NCBI GenBank assembly: GCA_031372065.1
Contig: JANMKN010000058.1
Location: 1-56,628 of the forward strand
Origin: Abditibacteriaceae bacterium
GTDB taxonomy: Bacteria > Armatimonadota > Abditibacteriia > Abditibacteriales > Abditibacteriaceae
Direction of reading: 5' to 3'
Length of the DNA: 56,628 nucleotides
Below, piece after piece: positions 19,081-28,240 of this stretch. The position numbers and the translations under genes were made by a program. Every line of letters begins with the position of its first letter. Positions within the stretch are counted from its first letter, which is position 1. The notes under the pieces were generated by a model. The model searched no databases. It was not told the DNA's origin and saw nothing but the letters and a program-made list of their open reading frames with translations.

Positions 19081-20954
19081 GATTTTTCTCCCGTTGGTGC
19101 GTCCAGCGCAAATAACGCTATGTTCTTTTGACGGCCACGAATTTCGGTTTCTCCGGCGGGAAGCAACGCAAAGTCGTCGCCAATGGCTTGGGCAGTGGTG
19201 GCGCTGATGAGAATGCCGCGCGGCGTGGCGATTTGCTTGGTGAGACTTTCCAAGCGCGACGCCACGTTGACGGTGTCGCCGATAGCGGTTTGCTCCATGC
19301 GCCGCTTCGAGCCGATGTTGCCCAGCACTGCCGGGCCGCTATGAATGCCGATGCCGATTTGCAAATTCGCAAAACCGGTGCGCTGCCATTGCGTTTGCGC
19401 CGCTGCGACTTGATCTTGCATTTGCAGCGCCGTGCGCGCCGCGCACCGCGCGTGGTCGGGCTGCTCAATGGGCCAATTGAAAACCGCCATGATGCCGTCG
19501 CCGACGAATTTGTCGACCGTGCCGCCGTTGTCGAAAACGATTTCCACCATTTTTTCAAAGTAATCGTTCAAAAACTGCGTGACCTGCTCCGGCTCCAGTT
19601 TCTCCGAAATCTCGGTAAAGCTGCGAATATCGGAAAATAAAACTGTTACCACTTGACGCCGCCCGCCCAGTTCGACGGCGCCGGGCGTGCGCTGCAAGTG
19701 TTCGAGGACGGCAGGCGAAACGTAGCGCCCAAAAAGCTCTTCCGTCCATTTTTTCTGACTGTTTTCGAGACGCAAGCGCGCGACAGTCAATAAAAAACCG
19801 TTGGCCGCCAGCGCCGCCAGCACCGGAATCAGCGGCAACTGCCACGCGGCGCGCGTGAAGGCCAGCACACAAACTGCCGTCCAGCAAAGCGCCAGTGCCA
19901 GCAGGCCGGGAATCACAAAATAAATCTTCGGTAGCCAGCAAAACGGCGTCGAAAAGACAACTGCCAACGCGATACACAACCATATCGTCGCCGCGCCACT
20001 GCGCCGGATGCCGTCGCCGTTTAGAATGGTTTGCAACGCGTTGGCTTGAATTTCGATGCCCGCCATCAAGTGCCCACGCGAATTTTTGCCGCGTTGTGCG
20101 AACGGCGCCAGATGATAATCCTGAAACTCATAACCGGTAGTGCCGATGAGACAAATGCTGTTTTTAATTTGTCCGGCAAACGCGGCAGGATGCCTCAACA
20201 AATCGCGGTAGGAAATGCGCGAAAATGTGCCGTCCGGCCCGGCAAAGTTGATGATGCAGTGGTATTCGTCGTCCAAAGTCAACGTTCGCTTGCCTAAAGT
20301 GACCGCGTTCGGCGCAAAGCGCGGCTTTTTGCCCGTCGCCGTGGCCGCGACTTGCAGTGCGAGCGACAAACTGCCGTCCACATCGCGCAAGGTGCTTTGC
20401 CTTACCACACCGTCAGCATCAGGCGAGGTGTTGGCAAAACCCGATTGCCCGCGTCCGATAGTGAGCGCCATCATCAGTTGCTGATTGGGTTCTGATTTCA
20501 CGAAGCCATTTGGCAGCGCGCTGCGGCTAAACGAAAAAACCATTTCTGGCATTGTGGCTAACGCTTGCGCCTCGGCCTGATCGGGATTGGGATCGGCATA
20601 ATCGGCCAGTGGCAGCGTTTGCACGATGTCGAAACCAACGGCCTTGGCGCCGAATTCGTGCAAAATTTTGAACAGCTTGGCATGATGAAAACCCCAGAAA
20701 ACGAGCGGCTCGGCAAACTTAGGATCGTCTAACGTTGCGTTGTCAATGGCGATGATGACGATGGGATTTTCGGGAGGACGCGGCCCGCGCAGCAGGAAGC
20801 GCCAATCACGCGTCAGGTTTTCGAGCCGCGTGGCCGGGCGCGTCGCAGAAAACAATCCCGCGCCAACGAAGACGCTGGCAGCGATAAAAATCGTTGCACG
20901 GCCTTGCTGCCAGCGGTGGGATTGCCAACGGCGGAAAAGCAAAAGGCGCAACAT
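19074..20954 (-). CDS. CHASE2-domain class III adenylate/guanylate cyclase (start probably ATG 20954)
   Basis: IVIIAID, GAKAVGFDI, DADGVVR, three TMs, FGRYVSP, VLFSDIRSFT, DKFVGDGIMA, IGDTVNVASRLE. Confidence 0.93.
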   Translation of the reverse strand: MLRLLLFRRWQSHRWQQGRATIFIAASVFVGAGLFSATRPATRLENLTRDWRFLLRGPRPPENPIVIIAIDNATLDDPKFAEPLVFWGFHHAKLFKILHEFGAKAVGFDIVQTLPLADYADPNPDQAEAQALATMPEMVFSFSRSALPNGFVKSEPNQQLMMALTIGRGQSGFANTSPDADGVVRQSTLRDVDGSLSLALQVAATATGKKPRFAPNAVTLGKRTLTLDDEYHCIINFAGPDGTFSRISYRDLLRHPAAFAGQIKNSICLIGTTGYEFQDYHLAPFAQRGKNSRGHLMAGIEIQANALQTILNGDGIRRSGAATIWLCIALAVVFSTPFCWLPKIYFVIPGLLALALCWTAVCVLAFTRAAWQLPLIPVLAALAANGFLLTVARLRLENSQKKWTEELFGRYVSPAVLEHLQRTPGAVELGGRRQVVTVLFSDIRSFTEISEKLEPEQVTQFLNDYFEKMVEIVFDNGGTVDKFVGDGIMAVFNWPIEQPDHARCAARTALQMQDQVAAAQTQWQRTGFANLQIGIGIHSGPAVLGNIGSKRRMEQTAIGDTVNVASRLESLTKQIATPRGILISATTAQAIGDDFALLPAGETEIRGRQKNIALFALDAPTGEKSC

Positions 20955-21173
20955 AGGGTTTGGCACAAATGATACGAAAGTCTTCCTGTCTTCGCTGGTT
21001 GCAGTATATCTGCCCGGTTTGCGATTATTAGTCGAAATGCCATAGCAAAACACGATCTGTAAAAGGCGTTAAGACGATTGCAAGGCCTGAAAAAGCGCAT
21101 TTACCAATGATTGAAAACAGTCTGGTCAGTCCTCAAAAATCGCAGCATACTGAGGCTGACGAAAGAGTAAAGA

Positions 21174-21905
21174 ATGGTTTCTACTCCGGCGGACGACTTG
21201 CGCGGACGCCTTCCTGATTTGTATTTTGTAAACGCTTCTTCGGCGCAGATGGAGCAGCATAGCGCGCTGCTTGCGCGCCTGCCACAGGAAAAGCGCATTA
21301 TCGAATTTTTGCGCCCGCCCGGCAGTTTTCTCACGGATTTATCGTTGTGTGCTTACGATGCCGAGCGCCCCGGTTTATTGGCGAAAATCTGCGGCACTTT
21401 GGCTGCGCTCAACGTAAAAGTGCATACAGCCTCGGTTTTTACCTTGCGCGATGGCAAGGCGATTATTTTAGATACCCTGCAAATCAGCGATTCTTATCTC
21501 GGCCATGATCGGCGTTTGCCAGTTAGCAAGCAAAAAGAAATTCGGGCAGAGTTGGAAAGACTGCTTGACGGCCATTCTGTATTGGGGCAAACGCTCAAGC
21601 AACCTATTTTAAGGCGCGCTCCAAAGGTTTTAGAAGTGCGTTTCGAAAATGTCTCGCAAGACGGGCAGAAAAACGGGCAAAAAACTATCGCCATTCGCAC
21701 CACGAAAAATAAATTAGCCGTTTTTCGCATGGCCGCCGCGATGGCTTCTCTGGGCCTTGATATTGAAGCCGCGCAGATTCACCAAAGCGACAGAGAAGTG
21801 CAAGGCGTGTTCTTTGTCACCGGCCAATGGGCCGACAATCTCGATTACCAGCTGCGCTTTGAACTCCAAAGCAACAGTTTGCCGTCGGTTTTGAGCCATT
21901 CGTGA
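21174..21905 (+). CDS. Stand-alone tandem ACT-domain protein resembling the GlnD C-terminus
   Basis: ERPGLLAKICGTLAALNVKVHTASVFTLRDGKAIILDTL and a second ACT-like RMAAAMASLGLDIEAAQI...VFFV. Confidence 0.7.
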   Translation: MVSTPADDLRGRLPDLYFVNASSAQMEQHSALLARLPQEKRIIEFLRPPGSFLTDLSLCAYDAERPGLLAKICGTLAALNVKVHTASVFTLRDGKAIILDTLQISDSYLGHDRRLPVSKQKEIRAELERLLDGHSVLGQTLKQPILRRAPKVLEVRFENVSQDGQKNGQKTIAIRTTKNKLAVFRMAAAMASLGLDIEAAQIHQSDREVQGVFFVTGQWADNLDYQLRFELQSNSLPSVLSHS

Positions 21906-21963
21906 TTTCTCACCAAAGTTTTGGCATTCCGCGCCAAAGTTTCTGCTAAAATAGCCCGCGATT

Positions 21964-22563
21964 ATGAAACAAGAAGAAGTCGAACAATTGCTGAACGAAA
22001 GCGGCTCGCTATTGGAAGGGCATTTTTTGCTGGCCAGCGGGCGCCATTCCAATCGTTACATCGAAAAATTTCGCTTATTGGAACAGCCGCGTGTCACAAG
22101 CAAACTGTGCGGTGAAATCGCGCGGCGTTTCGAGTCGCGACGCATCGAATGCGTGGCCGGGCCGGTAACGGGCGGTATTATTCTGGCCTTTGAAACCGCG
22201 CGACATTTGGGCGTGCGCGCTGTTTACGCCGAGCGCGGTGACGAAGGCAAAGGTTTTGTTTTCCGGCGCGGTTTTCAGTTCAAGCCGGGCGAGCGCGTTT
22301 TGGTCGTCGAAGACATTGTGACCACGGGCGGTTCGGTTTTGCAGGTCGTCGAAGCAGTTCGCGCGGCAGGCGCTGAAGTGGCGGGTATCGGGCTTCTGGT
22401 AGATCGCAGCGGCGGCAAAGTAGATTACGGCGTGCCGGTTGTGGAGGCGCTTTTGGAATTGAACATCGAAAGTTATGCGCCCGATGCCGTGCCATCTTGG
22501 CTTTTCGATAAATACGGCCCTGCTGTCAAGCCGGGAAGTTCCAAACTCTCAGTCTCAAAATGA
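21964..22563 (+). CDS. pyrE: Orotate phosphoribosyltransferase
   Basis: LLEGHFLLASGRHS and PRPP motif VLVVEDIVTTGGS, VDRS. Confidence 0.95.
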   Translation: MKQEEVEQLLNESGSLLEGHFLLASGRHSNRYIEKFRLLEQPRVTSKLCGEIARRFESRRIECVAGPVTGGIILAFETARHLGVRAVYAERGDEGKGFVFRRGFQFKPGERVLVVEDIVTTGGSVLQVVEAVRAAGAEVAGIGLLVDRSGGKVDYGVPVVEALLELNIESYAPDAVPSWLFDKYGPAVKPGSSKLSVSK

Positions 22564-22798
22564 GTTTTATCGCACCACTTTGGATTGTAGGTAAATCTCG
22601 ACAAAGTATTATAAAAGTATTATATATGAGGCCAACTTCAAATTTCTCTGGACTGCGAAGCGGGCTTATGTCATAATAGTTGGCAAAAGTGGCGGGGTTT
22701 AGGGCGTGATAAACCCTAATTTTCAGGCCCACACTTATTGATTATTGGAAAACTCTGGCAAAACGCCAAAACTTCTTTGTTTCTCACGGAGTAACTGC

Positions 22799-24778
22799 AT
22801 GAATTCCTCGTTGCAAGAATATCGAACTGCCAAACTGCTGCGCAAGCATTTGGTATGCGCCCTCGCCCTTGCGCCCTTGCTGGTTTCGGCCAATTTGCAG
22901 CGCGTGCGCGCCGCTGAACTGCCCTTGCCCGCCGCGACTGTGCCCAGCGCCGTGCCCACACTGCGCGTGCCACTGGAAAAAGATGTTTTGCTGCCCTTAG
23001 CAGATGTAAAGCGCATTGTGCCGGACGACCACGACGTCGTGAGCGGCTACTTTCGCAATGGGCGCGCTGGCTTGCACGGCGTTACTGCCGGGACAACGTT
23101 TGTTCAGGTTTTCAGTAGCGACAACAAGCGTTCGTTGTTTGCTGTTCGGGTCGAATCCGGCCTTCAATCCAACACCGAAGCCATTCTCGAAGTGCCGCAG
23201 CCCGTGGTGCCCGACTCCAAGGCCGTCATTGCTTCGACTGCTGGTGTGCCGGACAGTGCGCCCGCCGAATCGGCTAAGGTCACGCCGATTACGACTGAGC
23301 CTGTGACTTTGCCTTCCGGCTCCAATTCGCCCGCTACCGCAGGTTCGATTGTGCCCTCTGTGGCGGCGCGCTCGAATCTTGCGATTTCTTTGCGTGTTGT
23401 GCCCGCAGACGACAATCCTCTGGAAGCGCTGTTCACCATTTACTTCGCCAATCGCGGCAGCAGCGCGTCGCAGGATGCAAGAGTGCGTTTTGTGTTGAGC
23501 GATGCCATTACTTATGTCACCAACTCGGCCACCAATGGCGGGCAATTTGACCCGATGTCGCGTTCGTTGACATGGAACGTTGGCACACTCGCCGCCAACT
23601 CGGATGCCCGTTCGGTTTCGTTCCGCGTGGCGCCCGTTGATCGCCCGCAGTCGTTTTACGCGGCGGCGACCATCGAAGACGCCTCGCAAGTCGTCGTTAC
23701 CAGCAACACGCTGACGTATGGCTTCACCAAAAGCCCGCTACTGACCGTATTCGCGCTGCCCGACCGCATTTTGGCAGGCAAGCAGGGCACTCTCATCAAC
23801 GATGTGAGCGATCCTGAAACGTTGGCGACAATTGACCGCTTGGTGCGTCTCGGCGTATTATCGCCGGATGGACGCGGACAAGGGCAGTTCATGCCGGGCG
23901 CCGACACCCTGCGCGCCGAATATACGGTGATGACGCTCAATGGTTTGAACTTGCGCGATCTGCGTGATGTGACCGCGATTAAGTTTGTGCTGGCGCAAAA
24001 GTCGAAAGTTACGCTGACGATTCTCAACAGTTTGGGCCGTCAAGTTCGCGAACTGCTGAAAGACAAAAACTTGGACTCCGGCGAACACATGGCCGTTTGG
24101 AACGGCACTTCTCCCGCCGGTGACGTGTTACCGGGTCGTTACACCTACGTTTGCACGGCCAAAGATGCCAAAGGCCAATCCACCACGCTGCGCGGTTATA
24201 TCAACGTCATGCCGCAGCGCCCGCTGGAACCGCTGGGCAAGCCCACTTTCGTTGATATCAAAGCCTCCGATTGGTATGCCGGTTATTTAGCCATCGCGCA
24301 GAACCAGCACTTGGTCAAAGGCAACGGCAATGGCACTTTCAAGCCTTTGCAGCCGATTAATCGTGTGGAAGCTACAGCGATCATTGTGCGCGCTATGGGC
24401 TTGGAAGATGCGGCGCTGAAAATGAAGAGTATTGACCCCGGTTTTCTGGATTATCAGAACATTCCCGATTGGGCCGTGCCTTATGTGAACATCGCCACGC
24501 AGTTGCGCACAACGGATAACAAAACGTTGGCGCGCGGCGTGCCGGGCAACCTGTTCATGCCGATGAAAAACCTGCGCCGCGATGAAGCCGCATTGTTCGT
24601 GCATCGCATGATTGATAACAATCGCGTGCAGAAGATTTCGATTTCGGGCGAAGTTGCCAGCGGCGCCACGGTGACGATCAATAACCAAACCGTGATGCCT
24701 GACACCGATGGCAAATTCTCACTCGTCATCGAACCAGACACCTCCGCCGCTTCAATGGCCGTCATGGACAAGCGTTAA
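22799..24778 (+). CDS. Secreted S-layer-homology protein with DUF11-like and FlgD-Ig-like domains
   Basis: GGAG RBS. SLH motifs FVDIKASDWYA..GTFKPLQPINRVE and FLDYQNIPDWA, FlgD-like GRQVRELL..GEHMAVWNG..PGRYTY, DUF11-like LTWNVGTL. Confidence 0.8.
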   Translation: MNSSLQEYRTAKLLRKHLVCALALAPLLVSANLQRVRAAELPLPAATVPSAVPTLRVPLEKDVLLPLADVKRIVPDDHDVVSGYFRNGRAGLHGVTAGTTFVQVFSSDNKRSLFAVRVESGLQSNTEAILEVPQPVVPDSKAVIASTAGVPDSAPAESAKVTPITTEPVTLPSGSNSPATAGSIVPSVAARSNLAISLRVVPADDNPLEALFTIYFANRGSSASQDARVRFVLSDAITYVTNSATNGGQFDPMSRSLTWNVGTLAANSDARSVSFRVAPVDRPQSFYAAATIEDASQVVVTSNTLTYGFTKSPLLTVFALPDRILAGKQGTLINDVSDPETLATIDRLVRLGVLSPDGRGQGQFMPGADTLRAEYTVMTLNGLNLRDLRDVTAIKFVLAQKSKVTLTILNSLGRQVRELLKDKNLDSGEHMAVWNGTSPAGDVLPGRYTYVCTAKDAKGQSTTLRGYINVMPQRPLEPLGKPTFVDIKASDWYAGYLAIAQNQHLVKGNGNGTFKPLQPINRVEATAIIVRAMGLEDAALKMKSIDPGFLDYQNIPDWAVPYVNIATQLRTTDNKTLARGVPGNLFMPMKNLRRDEAALFVHRMIDNNRVQKISISGEVASGATVTINNQTVMPDTDGKFSLVIEPDTSAASMAVMDKR

Positions 24779-24794
24779 GAGCTTTCCAAAGACT

Positions 24795-24834
24795 CAAAAA
24801 CCCGCCTCGAATTCGTTTTCGAGGCGGGTTTTTG
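24795..24834. terminator. Bidirectional intrinsic terminator
   Basis: CAAAAACCCGCCTCGAA-TTCGTT-TTCGAGGCGGGTTTTTG. Confidence 0.88.
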
Positions 24835-24853
24835 CGATTTATGAGCGCCGTTT

Positions 24854-25789
24854 TTAGTTTGCTTCGGCACACTTTTTGATTTGCGCAAAAGCGTGCCAAT
24901 GCACGCCGTGCACGACTTGAACGGCCCACCAATCGTAATACGCCGCCGGATACATATGCAAGGCATACCACGAAGTGCCGGTTAAAGTTGTGGTGCCATC
25001 GCCGTTGTCCTGCAAATCGAATTGGCCGCGTTGCAACGTGATGTGGCCGATGACTTCGGGATGCGGCGGCTGTCGCGTGATGTCGAAAGACATACGTTTA
25101 TGCGGCTGCCACTGCGTTATTTTTTCTTCGATGAGAATCGGGCCGCGCAGTTCGCATTCGCGCCGCGCGCCGACGCCTTGCCCTTTCAGGCGCGATTGAA
25201 CCGGCGGCGGCACGCCCAATTTAAAAATCCACGGACGCGGCAGCGCTGTAATGACAGGAAATTCGCCGATATATTTCCAAACCGCGCTCGGTGGCGCGTT
25301 GATGATAACCGAATCGGCCACCGAGGTTTGAAAATTCTGCGGCGCTAAAACATCGCCCAAAAGCAGCAGAAAATAAAGCGGCAAAAGATGCACTGACATC
25401 TTACGATAGCGTTCGAGAAGGGCGTGTGCGACAAAGGCGCCACAAGTAATCATTGCCCACAACAAGGGCGACGCCATAATCAAGCAAATAGAGCCTTCTT
25501 TCAAAACAAAAACCGAGCCAAACGCGGCTAATACAGTTGTTGCTGCTGTATAACCCCAATAATTCGCTGCCGGTAATTTGCCGCGCTGCCAGAAGAATCC
25601 ACTGACCGCGCCCATCGCAAAGGGCACGCCAAGCGACATGACCAACGAATAAAACTCGCTGTTCGATTGGCCAATAAAACCGCGCAATAGTTGCACTGTC
25701 AGCGGCACAACCAACACGGCAATCCACCCCGCCAAATTGCCCATGATGATGCCCAGCCAGATTTTGCGACCTGTGTGTTCGTTTTCCAT
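24854..25789 (-). CDS. Membrane protein with C-terminal SRPBCC/START domain
   Basis: About five TMs including EGSICLIMASPL, then INAPPSAVW, GVGARREC, RGQFDL...TTLTGTSWY. Confidence 0.8.
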   Translation of the reverse strand: MENEHTGRKIWLGIIMGNLAGWIAVLVVPLTVQLLRGFIGQSNSEFYSLVMSLGVPFAMGAVSGFFWQRGKLPAANYWGYTAATTVLAAFGSVFVLKEGSICLIMASPLLWAMITCGAFVAHALLERYRKMSVHLLPLYFLLLLGDVLAPQNFQTSVADSVIINAPPSAVWKYIGEFPVITALPRPWIFKLGVPPPVQSRLKGQGVGARRECELRGPILIEEKITQWQPHKRMSFDITRQPPHPEVIGHITLQRGQFDLQDNGDGTTTLTGTSWYALHMYPAAYYDWWAVQVVHGVHWHAFAQIKKCAEAN

Positions 25790-25994
25790 AATCCAAGTTG
25801 CCACCCGTTTGGTGGGGTTTTAGCCAAGAGTTCAACTCTCAGTAGCCGTCCTTCCGAACGATTCAATACACGCCTTGGGGCAGGCCGTCTGTTGGCGGCG
25901 TTGCGATGTGTGCTCCTTGCCAAAAGGGCGTCCTGATTCGCCCTCGCCGTCTGGAAAATCTCAACTTCTGCGTGAGGCATGGCAAAGGGGGACT

Positions 25995-26183
25995 CCCAAA
26001 CGACAAGTTTGGCACCCCACAGGGGAATTGGGAGGCCGAACTTGAGGAGTTCGAGGCCGCAGTCGTCGTTTTCCAGACCGAACTTCCCCCGTTCCGCGCC
26101 CCAATTGCCAAGTTCCGCGCCCCAATTGCCAAGTTCGGGGCCGAAAATGCTAAGTTCGGGGCCGAACTTGGCGATTGGGGCGC
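25995..26183. repeat. Intergenic 21-bp tandem array (about 9 units) with inverted symmetry
   Basis: Units such as CCCAATTGCCAAGTTCCGCGC, CCCAATTGCCAAGTTCGGGGC and CGAAAATGCTAAGTTCGGGGC. The last unit CGAACTTGGCGATTGGGGCGC is a near reverse complement of internal units. Confidence 0.8.
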
Positions 26184-26360
26184 GGTTTTGGGCAAAACCG
26201 TGAAAAATTAGCGTAAAATAGGCCGGCTTGCCACCTATCTGCTGGAAGGTGGGCGGGCAATCAGGATTCGATAGGTAGCACGTTGGGTTTTCCATAATGT
26301 TTTATGGTCCGCACTGTAGTCTAACGCGACTAAACCGGCGCGCTTTTTGTCTGAGGCTTT

Positions 26361-27137
26361 ATGAAATTGAAAAACTGTTTTCTTGTCCCGCTGTTTCTTG
26401 CTGCCGCGCCGCTTTTGCACGCCGCGCAATCGCCCGAAGTGGGCGTTGGCGCCAAACCGATTGACGGCGCCGAAGTAATAATTGATGGCACGCGCCCCAT
26501 GCTCGATGACAAATGGACTTACTGGCAAGGGCCGCGTTTTGCTTCGTCTCTGCCGGTGAAATGGAAAATCGTGGACGACCCGATTGATGGCGGCAGCGCT
26601 CTCATGACCGATGACCGCGCCGCCGATGGCGGCAAATATGGCGCGGCAGATATTGTGACGAAAAAGGCTTATCGCGATTTTCGCCTGCACATCGAGTTTT
26701 TCATCGCCAAACCCGGCGGCAATAGCGGCGTGTATTTGCAAAACCGCTACGAAATCCAAGTTCTCGACGGCGACAAAACCAAACATGGCATGGGCGCAGT
26801 TATCAACGAAAGCGAATCGCCGTATTGGGCTTACAACGGCGTGGGCCGCTGGAATGCTTACGATTTCGTTTTTCGCGCCGCGCGCTTTACCGATGGCAAA
26901 TTAACCGAAAAAGCCCTCGTTACCATGTATTTCAACGGCAAAAAGGTGCATCGCAACGTGCATATCAATCAAGTTTGGGGTGGCGCCAATTCCGGCGTAG
27001 ACGGCGGCAACGACGGCGGCAAAGGCATTTCCGACACGCCGCAAGGCCTCAAACTCCAATGCGAAGGCCACGATGTGCGCTATCGCAACGCGTGGATTAA
27101 AGAAATGAACATCGGAGAATCAAACACCGATTTCTAA
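26361..27137 (+). CDS. DUF1080 / 3-keto-disaccharide hydrolase domain protein, secreted
   Basis: YRDFRLHIEF, GNSGVYLQNRYEIQVLD, WNAYDF, LQCEGHDVRYRNAWIKE. Confidence 0.9.
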   Translation: MKLKNCFLVPLFLAAAPLLHAAQSPEVGVGAKPIDGAEVIIDGTRPMLDDKWTYWQGPRFASSLPVKWKIVDDPIDGGSALMTDDRAADGGKYGAADIVTKKAYRDFRLHIEFFIAKPGGNSGVYLQNRYEIQVLDGDKTKHGMGAVINESESPYWAYNGVGRWNAYDFVFRAARFTDGKLTEKALVTMYFNGKKVHRNVHINQVWGGANSGVDGGNDGGKGISDTPQGLKLQCEGHDVRYRNAWIKEMNIGESNTDF

Positions 27138-27231
27138 AACGAATTCGCAAAGCAAAAGGAGACGGCAGAAAAGTGTGTAAAATCATTTTTCTGCCAAATT
27201 GTTTCGCCTCCTTGCCTCTAAAATAATATTT

Positions 27232-28092
27232 ATGCCTTTAGAAATTGAACCCAACGCCCTGGAATCGTTTCAATTCGAGCCGCCTGCAACAATTCCAAAC
27301 CGCGAAATACCCCGCTGGCGTCATGGCGTAGCGCTTTTTGTTTTGATGGGTTTCATCAGCCTGATTGCCGTCAGCGGCTTTCGGTTGGCGGGCAAAGCTC
27401 TCAAACCTGACACGGCCATTTTGCCTTCTACATCGGGCGCATTGCTGTCACAAACTTCCATCGAATTGTTGTTTTTCGGCGTATTTTGGGGCGTGGCGTG
27501 GGCTTTTTCGCGTGCGTCGCGCGACGATTTGTTCTTGCGCTGGCGCGGCACATGGCAAAACATAGTGATAGGTTTAGGTTATTCTATCGGCCTCCGTTTC
27601 GTTATCGCGGCTGTTGCAATCTTTGTGATGATGGTCGCCTTGATAAGCGGCATCACGCCCGCTGAAATTACCGTCTTCGTAAAAAGTTTTAGCCCCACGC
27701 CAGAGCGTATGGTGAGCCTGAAAACGCTCGGCAACGATCCTGTTTATCTGTTTCTGATGGTGACGTGGGTGAGTTTCATCGTGGCGGGCTTGCGCGAAGA
27801 ATTGTGGCGCGTGGCGGTGATCGCCGCTTGCACCAAATTGCTAACGCCCAAGTTATCCGTGCGCATGGCTCAACTTTTGGGCGTGGTGATGAGTTCGCTG
27901 TTTTTCGGCATGGCGCATTATGTGCAAGGCTGGATCGCGGTTGGCATGACAGCGGTTCTCGGCTTGTCATTAGGCGCCATTACATTGATCCATCGCTCTA
28001 TTTGGCCCGCTGTCATCGCGCATGGCGCTTTCGATGCGCTGACATTTTTGCTGCTGCCGCTGGCGAGCAATGTGAAATTGCCGCATTCCTAA
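27232..28092 (+). CDS. CPBP (Abi/CAAX-like) intramembrane glutamic endopeptidase
   Basis: Multiple TMs. Motifs REELWR, FGMAHYVQG, SIWPAVIAHGAFD. Confidence 0.88.
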   Translation: MPLEIEPNALESFQFEPPATIPNREIPRWRHGVALFVLMGFISLIAVSGFRLAGKALKPDTAILPSTSGALLSQTSIELLFFGVFWGVAWAFSRASRDDLFLRWRGTWQNIVIGLGYSIGLRFVIAAVAIFVMMVALISGITPAEITVFVKSFSPTPERMVSLKTLGNDPVYLFLMVTWVSFIVAGLREELWRVAVIAACTKLLTPKLSVRMAQLLGVVMSSLFFGMAHYVQGWIAVGMTAVLGLSLGAITLIHRSIWPAVIAHGAFDALTFLLLPLASNVKLPHS

Positions 28093-28240
28093 CTGTCGCA
28101 TTTGGAAGGTTGTAATGGTGGAAATCTGACCCCAAAAGGCAATGCGTGGCAAATCACACAAACGTTATACCGCGTAAATAATTGATCAAATCTCTCAAAT
28201 TGTATTGCCGTTCGGCTTGTCAAACAGTAAAATCGCACCC

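Noticed and set aside
25800..25990. Possible ncRNA or riboswitch upstream of the SRPBCC gene
   Set aside because: Small hairpins are present (CCACC-CGTTT-GGTGG, AGAGT-TCA-ACTCT), but I recognise no RNA family. They may be decayed repeats, and an Rfam/Infernal scan would be needed.
25699..26295. 198-aa ORF and overlapping ORFs
   Set aside because: They are translations of the 21-bp array and overlap the SRPBCC gene start, with no recognisable domain.
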